64,000 nt of DNA from positions 22,535 to 86,534 of the forward strand of contig CAMBTO010000002.1 of NCBI GenBank assembly GCA_945870865.1, read 5' to 3'. The DNA is from Klebsiella pneumoniae (GTDB lineage Bacteria; Pseudomonadota; Gammaproteobacteria; Eutrophobiales; Eutrophobiaceae). Below the pieces are notes generated by a model. That model saw only the letters and a list, made by a program, of their open reading frames with translations. It ran no database searches and had not been told where the DNA came from. Within the stretch, counting starts at the first letter, position 1. Each line of letters begins with the position of its first letter. Below are positions 40,401 to 47,852 of the stretch, piece after piece. The translations under genes were made by a program, and so were the position numbers.

Positions 40401-41262
40401 GTATGTCATTCGAGATGCCGGTACCGGCTATCGTGGCGTAGATGTGGTCCTGATCTCGCAACGCATCTTCCAGTCGTTTGAGCACAAGGATACCCGCGCC
40501 TTCACCAACGACCAGACCATCGGCCTTGCTATCAAACGGGGAACAGCGACCGGAAGGAGACAGCGCACCGAGTGTCGAGAAACCCATCTGCGTATACAGG
40601 CTGTCGGGTCGCGATAGTCCACCACATAACATCGCATCAGCGCGATGGGCCTGTAATTCGGCAACCGCATATTTAAGTGAATACAGTGAAGAGGCACAGG
40701 CCGCATCGAGCGTATAACAGGTCCCGCCGAGTCCCAGTGCGTGTGCAAGCACGGAGGCAGGCAGACCGGCGACATAACGATTAAGTAGGCTGGTCTGTCC
40801 AGGCGGCGTTGCTTTGCCGTTCAGGTGGCTGGCAAAGGCCTGCCCGAGTAATTCATCCGCAATGCTCGCCGAGGTCTGGGTCGGCAACGCAATATTGCCA
40901 ATGATGACCCCGGTGCGGTGTTTGTCCAGCTTCGCGGTAACTGTATCGAGCCAGGCCTGGCGACCGGCGTGTAATAACAGACCAAACATCGGATCCAGAG
41001 ACTGTGCCAGCGCTGCATCAATATTGAGTCCGTCGAGATCGGGGCTAATATCATCAACAAAACAGGCGCGACGTGAATAAACATGATCAGGGCCAGGTGC
41101 TTGCGCGTAGACCTGTTGCAGATCCGGCAACCAGCGTCCCGGTGGCGGCTCGCGTGAAAGGTCGCGCCGTGCCACGATATTGTCCCAGAGTTGTTCAACC
41201 CCGCGGGCACCCGGAAAGATGCCGCCGATGCCAACGATGGCGACGGTCTGTCCCGGTTTCAT
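34450..41262 (-). CDS. pfaC: PUFA-synthase subunit, PfaC-like with embedded acyltransferase: KS - CLF - AT - DH/DH' - DH/DH' (2270 aa)
   Basis: KS active site DAACASSLYSL (~40700). A second KS-like domain lacks Cys (FTVSSEESSGMH), i.e. a chain-length factor. The AT has FVFPGSGNHF and GYSLGE (Ser codon ~37900). There are four hotdog modules with FabA-like motifs (HDIHPGAWY, DIHPDDWFLTCHF, PVDAWYFG, AHFYQDPVWPG). Confidence 0.85.
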   Translation of the reverse strand: MKPGQTVAIVGIGGIFPGARGVEQLWDNIVARRDLSREPPPGRWLPDLQQVYAQAPGPDHVYSRRACFVDDISPDLDGLNIDAALAQSLDPMFGLLLHAGRQAWLDTVTAKLDKHRTGVIIGNIALPTQTSASIADELLGQAFASHLNGKATPPGQTSLLNRYVAGLPASVLAHALGLGGTCYTLDAACASSLYSLKYAVAELQAHRADAMLCGGLSRPDSLYTQMGFSTLGALSPSGRCSPFDSKADGLVVGEGAGILVLKRLEDALRDQDHIYATIAGTGISNDIRGNLMLPDSEGQLRAMRAAYAEAGWQADTIDLIECHGTGTPAGDSTEYQSMRTLWGQHYRDGQRCVIGSVKSNIGHLLTAAGSAGLIKVLLAFKHNLLPPMANFEHAASGIDLDNGPFTVLDHARDWQPREADQPRRAAVSAFGFGGINAHVLLEQWPETGTATIFGKVKNKTAPDAIPTPAIAIVGMDTCFGPWRSLPDFTARVLGELQDISTTPANNRWGLPRLSGLRGYTIDQVDVPVGRFRIPPKELQDMLPQQLLMLQVAANALDDAQQSGPVGQERTDAGVFIGIGLDLNTTNFHLRWAMTDMAQAWIKKSGIQLNADSLQQWTENLKDQVGPPLTANRTMGALGGIVASRIARAFNFGGAGFTVSSEESSGMHALQTAIRALQRNELNIAIVGAVDLAGDVRAVAGQDAARPYATDGICRPFAEDSTGTVIGEGAVAFVLKRHEDAVRDGDRIYSLLTGIGSASGGDIGTLLPSVNTYTRSLQQACADAHIAPDSISCIETYGSGHADEDRLETGALCSVFSTNSEDQSTVITSVKADIGHTGAASGLASVAKASLALYHRVLPPLRNVLSDQTRFREYSRFSVHQTPQHWLRDRLAGPRRALATSIGTGGSCCHVVLEQAEHSITNAIDTSSVLSGGCHDKLFSIEADERTQLHAGLDHLAELVRTRSNEDIGAIARRWFESNREHGRRKRAISLLAANQTQLLELITQARQIVEGGRVPIGDRIYFTDQPLADTGKIAFVFPGSGNHFRGMGRDIACRWPEVLENLDRENGALAAQFARSRFWADTDNGPLGHQDVIFGQVWLGTFVSDVISRFGVRPDAIIGYSLGETAGLFATRTWRDRDLMLQRIQQSTLFTTELAGPCTAARQCWGLSSYVDVDWQVGVIQCPADILNARIQKLPWVYLLIINTPDECVIGGNRIAVEALVKDLACSFHPLDTITTVHCDVAKPVEQAYRELHLFPTNPPENVRFYSGILGRAYPVTMDSAADSIVGQALQPFDYTRVINSAFDDGVRLFIEMGPGGSCTRMIDRILQDRPHLAQAVCVNGKNGVASVLRTLALLNTHRVPLQLDSLYTASLRQAEAKVPQISVKVGHAPIDIRLPRVPAQKPQTETVTARVLTHPTRLTTYTPAQTLIEQIACSESAMAQAHETYLRVANGITHTLSNALSLQMALLQNMPTQVTELTVTTLHPTKPASVVPTRPALDRMQCLEFARGAIGKLLGPQFAPIDSYPTRVRLPDEPLMLVDRILMIEGEPCSMGSGRVTTEHDIHPGAWYLDGGRIPTCIAVESGQADLFLSGYLGIDQITKGLAVYRLLDAEISFHDALPGPGQTIHYDIRIERFFRQGDTHLFRFSFEGTVNGKPLLSMRNGCAGFFSQAELDAGKGIVLTEFERRPADGVRTPDWQPLVGMQTESYTDTQIEALRSGDLVTAFGPQFTGLALQHAVGLPGGRMTLVHRVLELDPGAGRYGIGRITGEADIHPDDWFLTCHFIDDQVMPGTLMYECCLHTLRIYLLRMGWVGEASAVVYEPVAGINSKLKCRGQVIASTSKVQYEITLKEIGYQANGTPYVIADALMYADGRAIVQMSNMSVQLTGLHRDQLQTLWQQRGNTAPSPVKTVLYDYNSILAFATGKPSEAFGDRYLPFDHDRIIARLPGPPFQFLDRIVSINHCEPWQLKAGAVIEGEYDVPVDAWYFGANRQQGMPFSVLLEIALQPCGWMAAYLGSALTSETDLSFRNLGGKAVQTLPVTADTGMLTIRVKMTNVALSGGMIIQNYDYEVLCNAGTVYKGDTYFGFFSRQALTNQVGIRDVMPYQPTATEVSRARQFAYPQQAPYPADQMRMIDRIEHFDAEGGPHGLGYIRGTARVNPEAWFFKAHFYQDPVWPGSLGLESFIQLLKVVACERWQGGETARLESMALHQPHHWLYRGQIIPKDHEVTVSAVVKQVDDTRKLLTADGFLIVDGRIIYQMTDFTLRMSDI

Positions 41263-41303
41263 GCAAATACCTGTAATGACATGATGAGGTTGTATCTTTC
41301 CAC

Positions 41304-44300
41304 TCAGGCCTGAGATTCGGTTTCCAGCTGGTTACGTCTGAATGCCTCATTCAGCGATGCATCAATCACACACTCGTAACCTTCAATTCGTGCGACCAGC
41401 TTGCCCTTCATGTCGACAAATTCAATCGAGGCCTTCGCCTCATGTTTACCCATCGACTCGACCAGCAGATTGATCAACGTGCCGTCTTTCGGAAACTGTC
41501 TCCGGTACTGGCGATATTTGCCGAGGCGGGTTGGCAACGAGCCGTACCCGGTCCGTTCAAAACACCAGAGGATCATTAACTGGAATGCCGAATCCAGCGC
41601 CAGCGGGTCGGCCAGCCAACCGGTGCGTATCGCTTGTTTCATCCACGCCGACGGGTTTGGTGCAGGACGGACACGCGCCGAGATTCCGCGATCACTGTAA
41701 CCGGTGATCGCCTCAATGCCGTGCAGATCCTTGCCGTGGAACAGACGTCCGGATGAATACAGTTCCGCATCGTTTATCGAATAGGTGCCGATGATGACCG
41801 GATTGCCCGCGGCAGGGACAGGGACAGCATCCGTGCCAAGCACGATGTTCGCGCCCGCATGCAGCAGCTTGCCCTGGCGCAGTTCGACCGGGATACGGTG
41901 GATGCCGGCAGACTCGACCGCATTACCGGCGAGGATCTGCAACTCGGCTCGCGCACCCGACTCCAGGATCACACCCTTGTAGATGGCCAGATTATCGATA
42001 CCGTTGAAGTTCAGCCCCGGTTGATCATGCATGGCGCCGTGGGCCAGCCATTCGGCGATTAATGCGGTGGGCAGTACCGCCTTGTCATTCATCACATGCG
42101 ATTTAAGTACCGGCAGATCATTCAGACTGACGGTCCGTTCAAACGTGACGATCATATTATTTGTAACAGACGATTTCGCTACCTTGCCGGAATAATCCGG
42201 CGTGTCTGTCTGCACCGGCGCACTGCCGAGTACGACCAGTTCAACCGGACCCGGTGTGGCGATTTCCTGCAGCAGGTATTCAGCCCCGGCACGTAGCGGG
42301 ATCACACCGACGCCTTCGCCTTCAAAGACCTTCTTCAATCCGGCGGTGACCATGCCACCGTCCCACGGGCCCCAGTTCAAACTGAGCACACGACACGACG
42401 GCCGCAGGTGCTGTTGTTGCTGTGCGGACTTGTTCAGTACTTCATTGGCGGCGGCATAATCGATCTGGCCCTTGCGTCCAAACCTGGCGGTCGAGGACGA
42501 AAACAGTACCAGCAGTTTCAGATCGTCCTGTTGGGTTGCCTCCAGCAGCGACTGCAAGCCGTCCACCTTGGTCGAACAGACCTCGGCAAACTGTGCACGG
42601 GTCTTGTCTTCGATGCGCCGATCCGCGAGTACGCCTGCACCGTGGATAATCCCGCGTATCGGGCCGAGCTCTTCACGGGCCTGTGCCAGCGCCTTGTTTA
42701 CCTCAGCCGGATGACGTATGTCGACGGACTGGTATGTTGCCCGCACGCCACTGGCGCGGACGCGTTCGAGGGTCTGGGCTATCTCACGCGCGGCCATCAG
42801 TTCACGATAACGTGACTCGACCTGTTTTGGATTCGGTCGGTCGGTGCTCTGGGTAACGATGGCACGTTTTATAGTGGCCTCATCAGTCAGGCCTGACAAC
42901 CAGTCGGGCTGTGGTGCAGGTTGCGGACTGCGACCGAGTAATAACAGGTTCGTCTGCATGCGGGTTGCGAGTTCAACCGCGATCGCGGCGGTGATCCCAC
43001 GTGCGCCGCCGCTGATGACGACCACATCACCGCGACCGACCGTGGCCGTTACTGGTGTGTGGGTGTCGAGTGCCACGGGTGTCAGTGTCAGCGTGCTGCA
43101 CTGTCCATCCCGTAGTCCGGTTTCCAGTGGTCCCTCGTGTAACAACTCGTCTACCAGACTGTCGGCCAGTGCTGTTGCCCTGTAGTCTGTGTCGATAACC
43201 CGGCAGCGGACCTGCGACCATTCCTTGTCGGCGGTCTTGATCAGGCCGGCCAGTCCGCCCGCCAGCGGCGAGGCATCGGTGTGGTGTGTCAGCGCAAAAC
43301 GGCCACCGAGGCCGGTGACACCGGCCAGCAGCACAACTTGCGCGGCGGCGGTCTGTTTTAACGCGGGGCCGTAGTGGCGGATTAATTCAAATACCTCTGC
43401 CAGAAAATCCGGGTGCGGCTGTGCCGGTGTAACGATGACCAGACCGGCCACTGCGTCCGTTCGTCGTTCGTGTATACCGATCACGCTGGCGTTATACCCA
43501 CGTGCCTGAAATGCATTACATATTGCGGTGGACAACCCGTCACCGGAATCGGTCACATGGAGGATAGCTTGCGCAGGCAGATCCAGTGGATTGCGATTGC
43601 TGGCAGGCTCCAGCGGTGTGACTGACAAGACACCGCGCCACAGTGTATTCGGCTGTACCGTGCGCAGCCTGGTCTCTACCGGTTGCACCGCAGTAGCCGG
43701 TGCGACAGTATTGCCCTGATGCATGTAGTCCACTATCTGTTGCAGTGTCTGCAAGGTGGCCATGTGTTCCGGATTGACCGTGGGTGCGTCCGGCATGCGT
43801 TCCTGGAATGCAGAGAGGATCTCGACGCGCTTGATCGAATCTATACCAAGGTCAGTATCGAGATTCATATCAAGCCGCAGCATATCGACCGGGTAACCGG
43901 TCTTGTCGGCGACCACGTCCAGCAATGCCTGATCAAATACCGGTGTTGCAGTGCCTGGTTTAGTTGTCACTGCTAATGCGACGCTTGCGTCTCCAGCACC
44001 ACCCCGGGTCTGCATATAATCCACGATCTGTTGCAGTGTCTGTAATGCGGCCATGTCTTCCGGATTCACCGTCGGTGCTTCAGGCATACGCTCCTGGAAC
44101 GCAGACAGGATCTCGACGCGTTTGATCGAATCAATACCAAGGTCGGTATCCAGATTCATATCGAGTCGCAGCATATCAACCGTGTAACCGGTCTTCTCCG
44201 CAACTACCTCAAGCAAGGCCTGGTTCAGGCTGGCGTCTGCGATGACAGTGACGACGGGTGTCATCATGCTGGCCGGGGTACTGTGAGTTTCGGCATCGTC

Positions 44301-47300
44301 GGCCAGATATTCAATAATATTTTTCAGCAACCTGAACGTGCCAAGGTCCTCTGGCTGGATCTTGCGAATGCCGGGCAGCCGCTCCTGCAGGCCGGAGAGG
44401 ATCTCGACGCGTTTGATCGAATCGATTCCGAGGTCGGTATCCAGACTCATCTCTATGCTGAGCATCTCGACCGGATAACCGGTCTTCTCGGCGATGACCT
44501 GCAATAAAATCGTTTCCAGTTTTCCGGTGCTTGCTGCCGGGGCAGAGACGACCGGCGCTGTGACAACCGGGGCAGGTGTGGTGATGACCGGCGTTGTTGC
44601 TGTTCTGACAGTGGGTGCCGCGGGTAGTGTCGTTTGCACTGGCGCAATAAGCAGCGGGCTGATCGGTATGCCGGTCAATAATAGTTGCTGCTGTTCCAGT
44701 AGACGCTGGATTGAAAGCTGTGCCGCCTGCTGGCCTTCCAGATAACGGCGATGTAACTCGGCGGTCTGCTCCTGCATCTGTTGCAATGCGAGTATGCTTT
44801 GTTGTGTGGTAGCCAGTAGTTGCTGTGCCTGCGGAGCATCAGTGCCGGTGGGCAGTGTGATCGCGACGGTTTGCGCAGCGGGTGTTGTGGCTACGCCGGG
44901 TCGCGCTGGTGTTGCGGTAGTGCTGGCCGGTGTGGTCGGTGTGATCTGCATACGGGCAGGTTCCTGTCTGGTTTTTTGCGGTTGCGGGCGCGGCTTCACA
45001 TAGTTGGCGCCCGTCAGAGTGATTGTCATCGCCGGTTTTTTGGTGGAGGCCGCAGGCAGCTGTGTCAGCCACTGGGCGTCCCACAGACTGATACGGCAGC
45101 CGTGTCCGAGTGCGGCAAGCCGCGCGAGTGTGCAGGCGAGATCATATTGCCCGCCCTGTTTGCCCTTTGATGCATCCAGCGTGATGCTCGTGTGATCACG
45201 ATCACCCAGGATGGATCGGACCAGCCCGGTCAGTGTGTTGCCAGGGCCGGTCTCTACGAAGGTGCGGATACCCTTCGCATACATGTTTTCTATCTGGGTG
45301 ACAAACTCGACCGGTTGCGCGAGCTGGCGCGCCAGCAACTGCCGTACCGCCGCCTCGGCCTGCGGGTAACACTCGGCTGTCGTGTTTGCATAGACCGGGA
45401 GCTTGCCCTTGTGGAAGCGGACCGATTGCATAAACTGTGCGAACGGTTTTTCCGCTGCGCTGACAAAGCTGCTGTGGAACGCAGCGGAGACGGTCAAAAC
45501 CTTTGCGCTCAGCCCGCGTTTCTTCAGCACCTCGGCGGCACGTCGGATCTGATCGGTGGCACCGGACAGGACCACCTGTCGTGGCGCATTGTTGTTCGCA
45601 ATGATCAGATCCAGCTGCTCTGCCTCCAGAATTTCGTGGATGACCGCCGCAGAGGCAGACGCAGCCAGCATGGAGCCATGATCACCCTCACTCATATTCA
45701 TCAGTTCACCACGCTTGATCGCAAGCCGGTGCAGACTGTCACTATCGATACGACCGGCGGCGCACAGCGCGGTCAATTCACCAAAACTGTGACCGGCAGT
45801 CGCCTCGGCCTCAACACCAAAATAGTCGAGCAGGCGCAGCGCACCCAGACTGACGGCACCGATCGCCGGTTGGGCATACTGGGTTGCACGCAAGGCCTCG
45901 GCCTGTGCCGTCCGCGCCTCGTCGTTAAACACCGGTATTGGATAGATGCGTTTGCCCAGTGATTCGCCGCCATTCATCTCGCTGAATATCTGATCGGCCT
46001 CGGCCAGCGCTGACTGTATCAGCGGAAACTGGCAGGCCAGATCGAGCAGCATGTCCGGGTACTGTGAACCCTGACCGGGGAACAGCATCGCCAGTTTGCC
46101 TGTCGGTTTGCCTGTACCAAACCAGGCACCTTCTGGCAGGCTCCACTGGTTCAGATCCTGGTTCTGTAACATCTGGCGCGTGTCATTGAACAGTTTGTCC
46201 AGGCCACTCTTCGGTGTGATCACGAATAACAGGCGGCAGGGGTCGGCGCTGTTAAATTGTTGCAGACTGCGTGCCGCCTGCGTGCGCAGTAAGTCCCAGT
46301 CCTGTTTCAGATCGATTGCATTTAATTTACCGAGCAGCGACTGACGGTTATCCGCAGACAGTCCGAGTACTAGCACCTTGCCGTCCCAGTCGATCTCCGT
46401 GGTGGCCGTCGGTGCTTCCTCCAGCACACAATGGAAATTGCTGCCACCGAAGCCAAACGCACTGATCGCGCCACGGCGCGGGTGGGCGGGTGAGCCGATC
46501 CACGGACGTTTCAGCGTATTTACATAGACCGGTGCGGTGCCGGGGTTCAGGATCTCAAGTGGCTGGGCGACCTTGATTGTGGGGGGCAAGACCTTGTGTT
46601 TCAACGCCATCGCCACCTTGATCAGTCCGGCCACACCGGCCGCGGCCTTGGTATGGCCGATCATCGATTTGACCGAACCGATGGCACACCAGCTGCCTTC
46701 CGCTTGCGCCTCACGATAAACCGAAGACAGTGCCTCGGCCTCGACCGCATCGCCGACGCGTGTACCGGTGCCGTGTGCCTCGACCAGTTCGATAGTGGCA
46801 GGCGAGACGCCAGCCTCACGGTAGGCATTTTTCAGCGCGCGGGTCTGACCATTCGCACTGGGTGCGTAGATCGCATTGCCACGGCCGTCGCTCGATGAGC
46901 CTATGCCACGCAGTACGGCATAAATATTGTCGCCATCGCGCTCGGCATCGGCGAGCCGCTTCAGGACAATCGCGCCGAGGCCCTCACCGAGGATGGTGCC
47001 GTCACCGTTGCTGTCGAACGGTTTGCTGTTACCGGTCGGTGACAGTGCCGGTGTCTTGCTGAAACACATGTACATGAAGATATCGTTAAACGTATCAAAG
47101 CCACCGGTGATCGCCATGTCAGAGCGGCCCGAATACAATTCAAGCGCGGCCAGGTGGATCGCACTGAGCGAACTGGCACAGGCGGCGTCAACGACGCAGT
47201 TGGTGCCACCGAGGTCAAAGCGGTTGGCGATCCGGCCAGCGGCCACATTGCCGAGCAGACCGGGGAACGAGTTTTCCTGCCAGGGCACATAACCGGCGGA

Positions 47301-47852
47301 GATACGTTCGACCACCTCTTCTGCAACAGTCTGATCGACCCCGGCATCGGCCAGCGCCTTGCGCCAGATCGGGTGACCGAGTCTGGCACCGAGCGGGATG
47401 ACCAGCTCCAGCGTACCGGTCACGCCGAGGATGACGCTGGTGCGGTTGCGATCAAACGGTTTACCATCATTGCTGTCACGGCCGGTTGCATAACCAGCAT
47501 CAAGCAGGGCCTGACGGGCGACGACCATGCCGAGCAACTGGGTCGTGTCGGTCGCTTCAATATTTTTCGGACTAAGGCCATACAACAGCGGGTCAAAATC
47601 GACCGGGTTGATAAAGCCGCCGCGCCGCGCATAGGTCATATCGGGCGCGTGTTTGTCTGCATTGAAATAATCGTCCGGGTTCCAGTGGGTCGGTGGCACC
47701 TCGGTGATCGCATCCACACCATCGCGGATATTGGTCCAGTACGTCTGCGGGTCGCTCGCGCCGGGGAACAGGCAGCCGATGCCGACAATCGCCAGTGGTA
47801 CGGCAGTGGCGGTGGTATGGTCTTCCGGTAAGGCGTCAGGCTTCTTGGTCAC
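41304..47852 (-). CDS. pfaA: PUFA-synthase subunit PfaA-like: KS - AT - [Pro/Thr/Ala/Gln-rich linker] - 3x ACP - KR - DH (2182 aa)
   Basis: KS motif VDAACASSLSAIH (Cys codon ~47183). AT motifs FPGQGSQ and GHSFGE (Ser ~45788). Three tandem ACPs each carry DTDLGIDSIKRVEIL. The KR has VVISGGARGITAAIA and the PKS DH has HVMNDKAVLP. Confidence 0.85.
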   Translation of the reverse strand: MTKKPDALPEDHTTATAVPLAIVGIGCLFPGASDPQTYWTNIRDGVDAITEVPPTHWNPDDYFNADKHAPDMTYARRGGFINPVDFDPLLYGLSPKNIEATDTTQLLGMVVARQALLDAGYATGRDSNDGKPFDRNRTSVILGVTGTLELVIPLGARLGHPIWRKALADAGVDQTVAEEVVERISAGYVPWQENSFPGLLGNVAAGRIANRFDLGGTNCVVDAACASSLSAIHLAALELYSGRSDMAITGGFDTFNDIFMYMCFSKTPALSPTGNSKPFDSNGDGTILGEGLGAIVLKRLADAERDGDNIYAVLRGIGSSSDGRGNAIYAPSANGQTRALKNAYREAGVSPATIELVEAHGTGTRVGDAVEAEALSSVYREAQAEGSWCAIGSVKSMIGHTKAAAGVAGLIKVAMALKHKVLPPTIKVAQPLEILNPGTAPVYVNTLKRPWIGSPAHPRRGAISAFGFGGSNFHCVLEEAPTATTEIDWDGKVLVLGLSADNRQSLLGKLNAIDLKQDWDLLRTQAARSLQQFNSADPCRLLFVITPKSGLDKLFNDTRQMLQNQDLNQWSLPEGAWFGTGKPTGKLAMLFPGQGSQYPDMLLDLACQFPLIQSALAEADQIFSEMNGGESLGKRIYPIPVFNDEARTAQAEALRATQYAQPAIGAVSLGALRLLDYFGVEAEATAGHSFGELTALCAAGRIDSDSLHRLAIKRGELMNMSEGDHGSMLAASASAAVIHEILEAEQLDLIIANNNAPRQVVLSGATDQIRRAAEVLKKRGLSAKVLTVSAAFHSSFVSAAEKPFAQFMQSVRFHKGKLPVYANTTAECYPQAEAAVRQLLARQLAQPVEFVTQIENMYAKGIRTFVETGPGNTLTGLVRSILGDRDHTSITLDASKGKQGGQYDLACTLARLAALGHGCRISLWDAQWLTQLPAASTKKPAMTITLTGANYVKPRPQPQKTRQEPARMQITPTTPASTTATPARPGVATTPAAQTVAITLPTGTDAPQAQQLLATTQQSILALQQMQEQTAELHRRYLEGQQAAQLSIQRLLEQQQLLLTGIPISPLLIAPVQTTLPAAPTVRTATTPVITTPAPVVTAPVVSAPAASTGKLETILLQVIAEKTGYPVEMLSIEMSLDTDLGIDSIKRVEILSGLQERLPGIRKIQPEDLGTFRLLKNIIEYLADDAETHSTPASMMTPVVTVIADASLNQALLEVVAEKTGYTVDMLRLDMNLDTDLGIDSIKRVEILSAFQERMPEAPTVNPEDMAALQTLQQIVDYMQTRGGAGDASVALAVTTKPGTATPVFDQALLDVVADKTGYPVDMLRLDMNLDTDLGIDSIKRVEILSAFQERMPDAPTVNPEHMATLQTLQQIVDYMHQGNTVAPATAVQPVETRLRTVQPNTLWRGVLSVTPLEPASNRNPLDLPAQAILHVTDSGDGLSTAICNAFQARGYNASVIGIHERRTDAVAGLVIVTPAQPHPDFLAEVFELIRHYGPALKQTAAAQVVLLAGVTGLGGRFALTHHTDASPLAGGLAGLIKTADKEWSQVRCRVIDTDYRATALADSLVDELLHEGPLETGLRDGQCSTLTLTPVALDTHTPVTATVGRGDVVVISGGARGITAAIAVELATRMQTNLLLLGRSPQPAPQPDWLSGLTDEATIKRAIVTQSTDRPNPKQVESRYRELMAAREIAQTLERVRASGVRATYQSVDIRHPAEVNKALAQAREELGPIRGIIHGAGVLADRRIEDKTRAQFAEVCSTKVDGLQSLLEATQQDDLKLLVLFSSSTARFGRKGQIDYAAANEVLNKSAQQQQHLRPSCRVLSLNWGPWDGGMVTAGLKKVFEGEGVGVIPLRAGAEYLLQEIATPGPVELVVLGSAPVQTDTPDYSGKVAKSSVTNNMIVTFERTVSLNDLPVLKSHVMNDKAVLPTALIAEWLAHGAMHDQPGLNFNGIDNLAIYKGVILESGARAELQILAGNAVESAGIHRIPVELRQGKLLHAGANIVLGTDAVPVPAAGNPVIIGTYSINDAELYSSGRLFHGKDLHGIEAITGYSDRGISARVRPAPNPSAWMKQAIRTGWLADPLALDSAFQLMILWCFERTGYGSLPTRLGKYRQYRRQFPKDGTLINLLVESMGKHEAKASIEFVDMKGKLVARIEGYECVIDASLNEAFRRNQLETESQA
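43700..44519. repeat. three tandem ~290-bp near-identical DNA repeats encoding the ACP domains of pfaA
   Basis: Repeated blocks GATCTCGACGCG(C/T)TTGATCGAATC…CAAGGTC(A/G)GTATC…CATATC(A/G)A…CAGCATATC(G/A)ACCG(G/T)GTAACCGGTCTT have their Ser codons at ~43838, ~44129 and ~44423. Confidence 0.8.

Noticed and set aside
34759-47831. Dozens of 60-260-aa ORFs on the plus strand inside pfaC/pfaA/pfaD (e.g. 45192-45962, 47154-47831, 37996-38673, 40117-40617)
   Set aside because: They are antisense to very long, intact, domain-coherent PKS genes in high-GC DNA. They are Arg/Gly/Ala-rich with no recognisable motifs, which is the typical signature of spurious ORFs.
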